Assembly: GCA_002269645.1 (NCBI GenBank) | Contig: NIVC01000233.1 | Location: forward strand, 1-19,770 | Source: Macrostomum lignano | Lineage: Eukaryota | Direction of reading: 5' to 3' | Length of the DNA: 19,770 bases | Part shown: in pieces, positions 1 through 9,967 of the stretch | How the letters are laid out: every line of letters begins with the position of its first letter | Numbering within the stretch: the first letter of the stretch is position 1 | The notes under the pieces: model-generated | What the model saw: only the letters and a program-made list of their open reading frames with translations | What the model was told of the DNA's origin: nothing | The model's database searches: none | Made by a program: the position numbers and the translations under genes

Positions 1-706
1 TTTATCATGGCATTATCATGGCACTGTTATCATGGCATTATCATGGCACTGCTATCATGGCATTATCATGGCACTGTTATCATGGCATTATCATGGCACT
101 GTTATCATGGCATTATCATGGCACTGTTATCATGGCATTATCATGGCACTGTTATCATGGCATTATCATGGCACGGTTATCATGGCATTATCATGGCACT
201 GTTATCATGGCATTATCATGGCACTGTTATCATGGCATTATCATGGCACTGTTATCATGGCATTATCATGGCATTATCATGCACTTATCATGGCATATCA
301 TGGCACTGTTATCATGGCATTATCATGGCACTGTTATCATGGCATTATCATGGCATTATCATGGCACTGTTATCATGGCATTATCATGGCATTATCATGG
401 CACTGTTATCATGGCATTATCATGGCATTATCATGGCACTGTTATCATGGCATTATCATGGCATTATCATGGCACTGTTATCATGGCATTATCATGGCAT
501 TATCATGGCATTATCATGGCATGTTATCATGGCATTATCATGGCATTATCATGGCATTATCATGGCATTATCATGGCATTATCATGGCATTATCATGGCA
601 TTATCATGGCACTGTTATCATGGCATTATCATGGCATTATCATGGCACTGTTATCATGGCACTGTTATCATGGCATTATCATGGCATTGTTACCATGGTA
701 CTGTGA
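1..706. repeat. Minisatellite built from two related monomers, GGCATTATCAT (11 nt) and GGCACTGTTATCAT (14 nt)
   Basis: Directly visible tandem array that runs off the window's left edge and degenerates at about 690-706. Confidence 0.97.
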
Positions 707-854
707 TCATAAAATTACAAAAATAACTATTATTTCCGAAATATTGAGTCAAAAGTACATATCAATTTGAGATCAGATTAATTTACAATAATTTATACTC
801 AAAATAATAATAAATAATATTAAATAAATAATAAATATTAAATATTAAATAATA

Positions 855-2720
855 AGATAGCACACTTTAAAAAGATAAAAGATTGTTGAGGATTTAGGAA
901 AAAATTATCAAGTCTGCTATTTTCAATGTGTTAGGAACTTTCACTCTTGGAACTATCTGGTTCATTTCTGCTTATCTCAACATTATTCACTTCTATCTAA
1001 AAATGATACTTGTATACTACCTAGAAAAAGAGTACCAATTAGGTGGCAAGGCAATTTACTGTCCAATTGTACTCATAGTTACTTGGGCTGTTTACCACAA
1101 CCACGTGATTGATTATCTAAGAATTTTACTCTCTAATTATCTTATATTTTCATCACTATTATTTCCAATGCTCTTGGAATAAAGTAGATAGGCTATATAA
1201 AATGACTTAAAACTAATCTGAATAAAAAATGAATGGTAAATAATTAATTATAAACAACATTGTTAAATAACTTTTGTCTTTTAACAATATTGTTTTAATG
1301 GGATGGGATTATAAAAATAACAATAATATTCACAAAATATTATTCAAAAGTGCATATAGTTTATAGAAATCAGTTGAAAATCATTTATACTCAAAATAAC
1401 ATTTAAATAAGTACATATTGGCCTACAGACTTATAAATGAAATATTGTTTAAGCATAACACCATTTAAAAGATTGAAAATGACAGACTATTTTTCCTAAA
1501 TCTTAGACAATGTGTTAAGGAAATGTTTTTTCAACTCTGAAACCATTCAGTTTGTCTCTGCTTAAAATCATTCATTGACATTAAAATATTTTAATAAAAA
1601 ATGATACTTGTATACTACTTAGAAAAATCGTACCAATTAGGTGGCAAGGCAATTTACTGTTCACTTGTACTCATAGTTACTCGGGCTGTTTACCACAGCT
1701 ATATGCTTGATAATAAGCAAATTTTACCCTGATCATCATTCTATCATTATCACTAACCTTTTTAATGCCCTTAGAATGAAGTAATTATGTTATCCAAAGT
1801 GACTTTAAACTGATTTTAACAAAATTAAATAGTAAATAATTGAAAACAATATTGCTATAAAATAGCTTGTTACATTATTATCATAGCATTGCAAAAATAG
1901 CTAAATAATTCATAAAAAATTGTTAAAAGAGTCATTATTCATATTGATCAATTTCACTCGAAAAAATATTAAAATAAAGTATTAATTGACCACCTAACTT
2001 ATTAACTAAAGATTTTTCAAAGATAGGCCTAATATAGGCCTAATTTAAAGGATGGTTAAGGATTTGGGAAAAATATTAAGGTCTATCATTGTTAATGTGT
2101 TTAGAAACTTTATATCACCTCTCAAACCAGTCAGTTTAGCTCTGCTTACATATTATTCACAGTACTTTTATCTAAAAGTAAAACTGATGCTCATGTATTG
2201 ATTTTAAAAAAGTACAAATTATGTGGCGAGGCAATTTATTGTTAAATTGCACTCATAGTTACTCGGGCTGTTTACCGCAACCATGTGATTGATAATCTGT
2301 GAATTTTACCCCCTAGTAGTTATTCTAATATCCCTTAGAAGATTATTTAAACTGATAATTTCAATCACTGTTCTCAAAAAATATTAATATAAAGTATCTA
2401 TTGACCAAACCAACTTATTACTAAAGATTTTTCAAAGACATCAATATTTTCAAGATTGTATAGGCCCTAAGATTTTCAAAAAATTTTTTGTCCCATTTGT
2501 AAGTCTATTAAATTATCAATGTGTTTATGCTAAGAAATTTTTATCACCCCTTAAACCATTCAGTTTGCATCTGCTTAAACATTATTTATTATTACCTTTT
2601 TATGAAAAGGATGCTTGTATATTACTAATAAAAACAATACCAATTAGGTGGCGAGGCAATTTGTGTTTGAATTGCACTCATAGTTACTCGCGCTGTTTAC
2701 TGCACTCGTGAAATTGATTT
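855..2720. repeat. Diverged AT-rich tandem duplication, 4 units (spacing 598, 582, 425 bp), each with a conserved 67-nt core
   Basis: Cores at 1032-1098, 1630-1696, 2212-2278 and 2637-2703. Upstream motifs AATGTGTT, TCTGCTTA and GAT(A/G)CT recur in all units. Spacers at about 1965-2030 and 2380-2440 also match each other. Confidence 0.9.
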
Positions 2721-5657
2721 TAACTTACAAACTACAAATGGGTTAGAGCCTACCCTTACCCTATATTTTAACTTTGTATATTGCAAGTCTAGTGCAAGTA
2801 TTAGACTGTTCTTAGTGTATTTGTTTCTGTTCTAGCTACTCTCCTGGACATTTTTATTTTAGAAAATTCAAGGGAAATTAAATTTTCATCTTTGAACGAG
2901 GTCAAGATTTTAAAGAACTGTCTATATAAATAAATCTCTAATAACCTTACAATATCATTAGCCTATCAATGTAAACTAACTTAAAACATCCAGTACTCTT
3001 TTATATCTGCTAAAAATAAAATACTTTAATGCTGTTTAAGAACCCACTTGTGCACTTCTTGTTTAGTAAGATTTTTTCTTTGACCAATAAGGGTCAACAA
3101 TAACCAGCCAAAGTCCCACTTATGATCTTATCTTGTATCTATTTTTGCAAACTTAAAATCTATCCATTAAAGATTTTTTAAACTCTTAAATTGGAAATAC
3201 CTGTCAATCAATTTCAATCCATCTGCAATTAAAATAGTTAATATATTTCAGTAGGCCAAGCTAGGCTACTATTCAAGCTCATCATTGGCCTGATACTTTA
3301 TCAAGAAACCAATGACAATTTGAAGCAAACAGTTGTTAATGTTAACAGGTGTAAATTTACTAGTACCAGCTGTTGACACTCTAATCTGATCTGCTAGACT
3401 ACAAGTGTAAAAAGTCTTGGTAAATCTGGTTGCTTGGGCTATGCTATTATCTATTAGGCCTTACATAATAATATGAAGCAAAAGTGATAAGTGATATGAT
3501 ATCCAAATGGTGAAGAGCTGGTGTTGGAAAGTGAAGTGGCTACTCTAGTTAATGATAGCTTAGACCTAAATTATGAGCGCGAGCAGAGAGGACAGAACCT
3601 GGCATAAATAGAGCCAAGAGATGTTTTCCGATAGGGCGGTCACGCGATTGGCCTACTACTTGAAAGTCATGTTACCAAGTACGTGCTCATTCGGCGAGTG
3701 TAGTTAGAATTAAAAATTGGCGCGAAAAATAGACAATTCATGATTTTTAGAGTGATAACAGGTATAGCATGTTGTAAGTTCTTAGGCTGTCTTCATCAAA
3801 ATATTGTATTTATGGGCCTCACAATACAAAGGGTTTTGTTATACACTAAAAAAGTGACGGTATTTGAAAATTGCATACTTTTAAAAAATTCTGTACTGCG
3901 CAAAACATGGCCCAAGGTCCGAGGATTGCAGGCGCGTAAAATTTTCTGTTTTTTATTTAACTGACAATTACTTGATTTAGCTGCAGATCAGGGCTTTGGT
4001 CATTCGGGAAGCTAAGTGGTGCTCGTAACCGTAAACGTTACATGTAAATGCATCCCAGTGGTACCGGGTGTTCGCAGCGCAGTCCTGTCCTTCTCCTTTA
4101 AGGTAGCTGACAAGCATAGAGTGGGCGGGGCATTCACAGATGATGAAGAATTGTGCTCCGCGTCCAACAGGGAGAATGCATGAATGGCCTTTATTGCTGC
4201 GGATTGCCTGCAGTTGCATAAGTTAGCTGCTCGGGCACTGCGCGGAAGGTGCAATGGAATTGAGGAACAATATAGGATGCAGCCGCACGGGAATTGCCAG
4301 AAATTGAGTGCGTTAGCCCCACCTCTCCCTGTGCTTTCGAGCGTTTTATACATGTAGATGCCACCCTATTGTTAGTCCCCGAGTGGTGAAAACGGCGTTG
4401 AGAATGTTGTTAAGGCTTCAGGCATACTGTAGATATAAAGTTTTACAGTTTTGTGCTATGAAAATTATTGAGAAATGGGGAAACTATGGGGAATGTTTCT
4501 ATCTTCTATAATTAGCATTGGCTAGAATGCATTTTGCATGTTCATGTAGAACTGCAGACTACAAACTGCAATTTTACTCATTAAATCTTCAGCGGGGGAC
4601 CAGTGGCAGACATTCGAGCCAGCCTACATGAAAGTACAATCGACAAGGCACACCACCATGCAGGGAACAGAGAGTACTGTTCACAAAACGGGTCCTGCAT
4701 CGTAAATGTAAGCAGCAAGATGTCCTGCACCGGTTGAAAGCGGATGGTGTCACCGCGGTGTGGCCGGCGAAAGGTTGGGTGCACTGAAGGACGTGAATCG
4801 CCGCTTATTTGACTGTCTAGGTGGAGGGTGATTCAATTCCCCCAGACTTGCTGATTTTAATTTATGACGTAAAGCTGTAGCTGTGGCGCGATTGACGAGA
4901 AATTTATTCTGGACAATTTCAAATGGTACATCAATTAGTGCCGATGTGCTGTCAGAAGGATTTCACGTGTGGTTGCCATGCAGTTTCCATTTGCTTTATT
5001 TTTGTGGCGTGGTGAAATGCTAGATTTTAAATATGGAGCGGAGAGTTCCAATTCGGACAGCAGGATTTCATTTGAGTGGGTCATATGATCAAGCAGGCCT
5101 CCCGCTGCTTCCACGTCATACGAGTACAGGCTGAGATCGGTAATGTACCTGCTTTGGTTATGAAGAAGATTGTGCATGGCCTCTGCCAGGCCTAATTCAC
5201 AGATTACTCAAATGGGGAGAATATTGGAATGACCTCACACTAGGCACTGGGGAGAAAATTGGAGTGACTCGTAATAATTCCAGACTGGCATAACATTTAT
5301 AAACATTTCCAGAGTGACATCACACTAATGGATCATGCCAGAGTGATATCACACCAATTCGAGAAAGGTCTTCATGGTATGCATAGTTTAGCAAATTTCA
5401 AATTCTCTTCCAATATGAATAAATTGTCTATCAATCAGCTGCGTTCTGAGCTTGCCAATGTAGCAAAGTACGAAAGTCGCGGTAGGGATTTAGTCTAGGG
5501 CAGCGATCGGACGCAGCTCGCACTGCTGCAACAGGACTGCCGGGCGAAAGAGTTCTTGGCTTGAGCGCTCGATATTCTCTGGGCACTAAGCAAATAACTC
5601 GTTAGCAACTGCTTTGAGAAATCTACAAGCTTAAGTTACAATTAGCTGAAGAGGAAA

Positions 5658-6521
5658 ATGCGAACTCGACTCCGCACGGTGACCGGTGCCGCCCAGGAGC
5701 TGGCTGGCATCACGAGAACCCACGGCTTGCTGCACATCTTTCTGTCCAGAAGCACAGCTAGACGGCTCTTCTGGTTGCTTCTGTTCGTAGCTGCCCTGAT
5801 CGGCTGCACCGTCCACCTGGCCAAGTTGGTGCAGAAGTTCACCGAGCGCTCCGTTGAGTCTCAGCTGAAGCTGAGGAGCGAACGAGCTCAGTTTCCCGAC
5901 ATCACAATCTGCAACTTGAAGCCCGCTTCTGCATCTTTGCTGTCTTTAAAAGATTTCTATGAATCCCACTTTAAGTTTAGGTTTAAGTTTGAGGTGTTTG
6001 ACTACTTTGAAAACTTCTGGGGCAACTTCGTCAACTGGTTCAAGGAGGACACCCAGAGGCGCCCGCAAGAATCGGGTGAAAGCTATGATAGCCGACTTGA
6101 GAAGGTGTGCAAAAAGGTCCTGGACGTGATGTGGGTGTCGGGCGACACCAGAGACATCTCCCAGCTCGACGAGACCATGCTGCTGAGCTGCCGCTACAAC
6201 AGCGAGCCGTGCAGTCACAGAAACTTCTCGCTTGTCCAGACCAGCCGGTTCTGGAACTGCTACACGTTCCACCCGGACCCACGGCAGTCGTCCAGCGGTC
6301 CTGGGGCAGGGGAGCCGAGCTGGACATGGTGCTCTTCACCGATGGCAACGATAAGTTTCCCGACTGGCATGGAAATTGGCGAAATGAAGCACTGCGCGAC
6401 GGCTGCATGTTTCGCAAGTTCTCACGCAGCAAAGCCATCAACCGACTGCTGCAGAGCGACGAGCTGCAGTCCGCTGGATTGCGCATTTTCATTCACGAGG
6501 AGAAAAGCTTCCCGATGAGCC
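5658..6521 (+). CDS. DEG/ENaC (amiloride-sensitive Na+ channel family) subunit, exon 1, containing a 1-nt frameshift at about 6303-6316
   Basis: Pre-TM1 HG motif (TRTHGLLHIF), TM1 (RRLFWLLLFVAALIGC), FPDITICNLKP, and CRYNSEPC...NF...WNCYTF. The reading continues in the -1 frame as ELDMVLFTD...GLRIFIHEEKSFP. Phase-1 donor C|GTGCGT at 6522 (alternative GTAATT at 6526). Confidence 0.9.
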
Positions 6522-6688
6522 GTGCGTAATTTTGCTTCGCTACCCGCGAATTTGATTTTTGCAGCAAAAAGTAGCCCAAAACTTAATAAATTAGTTGCTT
6601 AATTTAGTGTCAATGATCTTTTTTCTTATATTTAGATAAACTTTTAATAAGTTTTTATCTTTTAGTTGAAAGTGCTTCATTCCACGAA

Positions 6689-6779
6689 AGTCTCACAGCC
6701 CATGCTAAAAAAGTCTTACAACCCATGTTAAAACAGTCTCACAACGCATGCTAAAAAAGTCTCACAGCCCATGCCAAAC
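6689..6779. repeat. Short intronic tandem repeat, 23-nt unit (AGTCTCACAGCCCATGCTAAAAA) x about 4
   Basis: Unit starts at 6689, 6712, 6735 and 6758. Confidence 0.85.
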
Positions 6780-6784
6780 CGCAG

Positions 6785-7626
6785 AGACCGAGTTCGTGGA
6801 CGTGGCCTCAGCCAGCAGCACCTCCATCAAACTCAGGCCGATCCACAACCGACTCATGTCGAAGCCGAGCCGCAGATGCTCCGAGCCTCCTATCGAAACC
6901 ATCAACTATGTCAGGCACTTCTCCAACGCCTCGCTGAACGTGGTCACCAAGGCCTACTCAAAGTCCATCTCCGATTTCGTAGTCGAGGCACAGCAGAGCA
7001 TCCTGCACAGCAACTGCGGCTGCTATTCACACCTGCTCCCGTTCTCGGTGAATACGAGCGACCTGTGCTACTTCGCTCCACCGCAGGAGTGGATCACCCC
7101 ATCGGATGCTGTGCTGAAGAGAATTGACTGCCATGATCACTGGTTTCAGCACGCACAGAGGAAAAGCCAAGAGCTAGCGAAGCAGTTCCAGCACCGGATG
7201 TGGTGCCACTTCACCCAGCAACGGCCTTGGCAGCAGAGCCGCAGTTGGCCCCCGTTCAGCGCCATTCAAGAGATCTGGGAGAACCTGATGGTGCCGCAAG
7301 TCAGACATGGAGTCGAGTTCCTGCCCGAGGATGGCAAAGTGCATCACATTTTTCGGAACAGCACCGAAACCAGGCAGGAAATTCAGCTGTATATGCTAGC
7401 TCGAGGGTACGAAGGTTGCAATTTCAATGTTTTAGGAAAATTTAATGTTACTGACCTAAGCTCGCTTGAAGACTATAGAAGAAAAATCGTTGAATCTGCA
7501 GCGTCTTGTATTCCTCGCAGCGAACTGGCCAAAGAGCTGGCAGCAGTCCGTATCAGCTTGCAGAGTCCTGCGGCGGATGCTTACGAAGAGATGTACAAGT
7601 ACCACTGGACCGAGGCCCTGTCGGAG
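6785..7626 (+). CDS. DEG/ENaC subunit, exon 2 (Cys-rich thumb, knuckle, pre-TM2)
   Basis: Acceptor CCGCAG| at 6784 is phase-compatible with the 6522 donor and gives FPMSQTEFVDVASASSTSIKL, the family spacing. Contains CGC, SRSWP and ELAAVRISL...YEEMYKYHWTEALSE. Phase-0 donor GAG|GTAAGA at 7627. Confidence 0.88.
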
Positions 7627-7666
7627 GTAAGAGCTGCTTTCCGGTTGCAATATTCCCGCATTTCAG

Positions 7667-8535
7667 ACATCCCGCACTGACATCCCGCTACGGTTCCTTT
7701 GGCCGCACTGACATCCCGCTACGGTTCCTTTGGCCGCACTGACATCCCGCTACGGTTCCTTTGGCCGCACTGACATCCCGCTACGGTTCCTTTGGCCGCA
7801 CTGACATCCCGCTACGGTTCCTTTGGCCGCACTGACATCCCGCTACGGTTCCTACGGTTCCTTTGGCCGCACTGGCATCCCGCTACGGTTCCTTTGGCCG
7901 CACTGGCATCCCGCTAAGGTTCCTTTGGCCGCACTGGCATCCCGCTAAGGTTCCTTTGGCCGCACTGACATCCCGCTACGGTTCCTTTGGCCGCACTGGC
8001 ATCCCGCTACGGTTCCTTTGGCCGCACTGACATCCCGCTACGGTTCCTTTGGCCGCACTGACATCCCGCTACGGTTCTTTTGGCCGCACTGACATCCCGC
8101 TACGGTTCCTTTGGCCGCACTGACATCCCGCTACGGTTCCTTTGGCCGCACTGACATCCCGCTACGGTTCCTACGGTTCCTTTGGCCGCACTGGCATCCC
8201 GCTACGGTTCCTTTGGCCGCACTGGCATCCCGCTACGGTTCCTTTGGCCGCACTGACATCCCGCTACGGTTCCTTTGGCCGCACTGACATCCCGCTACGG
8301 TTCCTTTGGCCGCACTGGCATCCCGCTACGGTTCCTTTGGCCGCACTGACATCCCGCTACGGTTCCTTTGGCCGCACTGGCATCCCGCTACGGTTCCTTT
8401 GGCCGCACTGGCATCCCGCTACGGTTCCTTTGGCCGCACTGACATCCCGCTACGGTTCCTTTGGCCGCACTGGCATCCCGCTACGGTTCCTTTGGCCGCA
8501 CTGGCATCCCGCTACGGTTCCTTTGGCCGCACTGA
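7667..8535. repeat. Intronic minisatellite, 31-nt unit CCGCACTG(A/G)CATCCCGCTACGGTTCCTTTGG, about 28 copies
   Basis: Near-perfect tandem copies with an A/G variant and a 9-nt internal duplication (CTACGGTTC) at about 7851 and 8171. Confidence 0.97.
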
Positions 8536-8630
8536 GCTTCTGCCCAGTTTCTTCCCTAGCAACAGGGCAGCAGCTGATTTGACATCTGCTCAAAAATTCG
8601 AGTACTGCATGCTTTCTCCATATCCCGCAG

Positions 8631-8762
8631 ATTGGAGGAACTCTGGGACTCTGGCTCGGCATCAGCGTCGTGAGCACATTTGAGCTGCTTGAGTTCATCT
8701 ATATTCTGGTGCAGAAGTGCAGGAGAAACGATGACGACTCGGACATTGAAGAAGAGTCCTGA
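8631..8762 (+). CDS. DEG/ENaC subunit, exon 3 (TM2 and short C-terminus, ends at TGA 8760-8762)
   Basis: Acceptor TATCCCGCAG| at 8630, phase 0. Translates IGGTLGLWLGISVVSTFELLEFIYILVQKCRRNDDDSDIEEES*, the canonical TM2 with a G-x-S filter. This exon is absent from the ORF track. Confidence 0.93.
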   Translation: MGGTLGLWLGISVVSTFELLEFIYILVQKCRRNDDDSDIEEES

Positions 8763-8978
8763 GTTCGAATCGAATCTGCATAGCGGTTTGGATCGGTCAC
8801 TGGCTTCAGTTTCAATTCATTGCAAATGGCCCACTGAGCTCAGTGTTGAAGCTCATCATTGATTTATTTCAGCAGCGTATATTGATAGAGAATTGCAGAA
8901 GCATCGCTTCTTCGCTGCTCAGTCTGTGAGCAATTGGTAACCCTCTGTTGACTGTTTCTAGCAATTCTTCAAGCTTAA

Positions 8979-9672
8979 CATGATAAATTTCTGTAATGTC
9001 CCAGCGTGATAAATTTCTGTAATGTATTATTACAGCTTGATAAATTTCTGTAATGTATTGTCACAGCTTGATAAATTTCTGTAATGTATTGTCACAGCTT
9101 GATAAATTTCTGTAATGTATTGTCACTGCTTGATAAATTTCTGTAATGTATTGTCACTGCTTGATAAATTTCTGTAATGTATTGTCACAGCTTGATAAAT
9201 TTCTGTAATGTATTGTCACAGCTTGATAAATTTCTGTAATGTATTGTCACTGCTTGATAAATTTCTGTAATGTCCCAGCGTGATAAATCTCTGTAATGTA
9301 TTGTCACAGCATGATAAACTTCTGTAATTTACTTTCACAGCTTGATAAATTTCTGTAATGTATTATTACAGCATGATAAATTTCTGTAATGTATTATTAC
9401 AGCATGATAAATTTCTGTAATGTATTATTACAGCTTGATAAATTTCTGTAATGTATTGTCACTGCTTGATAAATTTCTGTAATGTCCCAGCGTGATAAAT
9501 CTCTGTAATGTATTGTCACAGCATGATACGCTCGTAAACTTCTGTAATTTACTTTCACAGCATGATAATTTTCTGTAATGTATTGTCACAGCATGATAAA
9601 CTTCTGTAATTTACTGTCACAGCATGATAAATTTGTGTTATGTACTGTCCCAGAATGATAAATTTCTCTAAT
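8979..9672. repeat. Minisatellite, 31-nt unit ACAGCTTGATAAATTTCTGTAATGTATTGTC with a shorter 26-nt variant
   Basis: Directly visible tandem array about 220 bp downstream of the channel stop codon. Confidence 0.96.
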
Positions 9673-9967
9673 GTACTGTCAACAAATCGGTTGCTTGTCC
9701 CTGTCGCGAAAATACACAAGCCTACTGGCTCCTACAAATCCTTTGTTTTTAATATTTAGCAATCGAGTTTCTCGCGAAGATTTCGAGCACCATTTCATTT
9801 TCAAATTTGAATTAAAACGAGTTCTTAAAGAACGCTTCTTGCATGTTAAAAGTCATTTTAAAATTCGAAAATTTCTTAGTGTAGTTGTCATGACAGGCTT
9901 ACTTAGAGCAAAAGGAAACAATTAATCCCCTTTAGATTCTCGGGCCTAGTGAGGGTGGTTAGTTAGA

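Noticed and set aside
7-770. Three long + strand ORFs (224-250 aa, MALSWHCYHGII repeats)
   Set aside because: They are translations of a satellite whose + strand lacks stop triplets, and all three frames give the same peptide.
928-1182. 84-aa hydrophobic ORF across repeat copy 1
   Set aside because: The equivalent frame is broken by stops or indels in the other copies, and the sequence is AT-rich with no homology recognised.
2738-2763. Telomere-like GGGTTAG / CCCTTACCCT
   Set aside because: Only 1-2 imperfect units are present, as expected by chance.
4678-4737. C-x5-C-x9-C-x2-(TGA) spacing resembling the second nuclear-receptor zinc finger
   Set aside because: There is no first finger, no downstream R..KC..GM motif, and a stop replaces the fourth Cys.
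4865-5360. CRE/UPRE-like motifs (TGACGTAA, reverse TGACGTGG) and a GTGATATCAC palindrome upstream of the channel gene
   Set aside because: These are short motifs with no TSS or conservation evidence.
6303-6316. Programmed -1 ribosomal frameshift
   Set aside because: There is no X XXY YYZ slippery heptamer and no precedent in this family that I know of. An indel is the simpler explanation.
5631-6492. Minus-strand ORFs overlapping ENaC exon 1
   Set aside because: They are antisense shadows of GC-rich coding sequence.
7667-9672. 31-nt repeats as CRISPR arrays
   Set aside because: The units are contiguous with no unique spacers, there are no cas genes, and the context is eukaryotic intronic or 3' flanking DNA.
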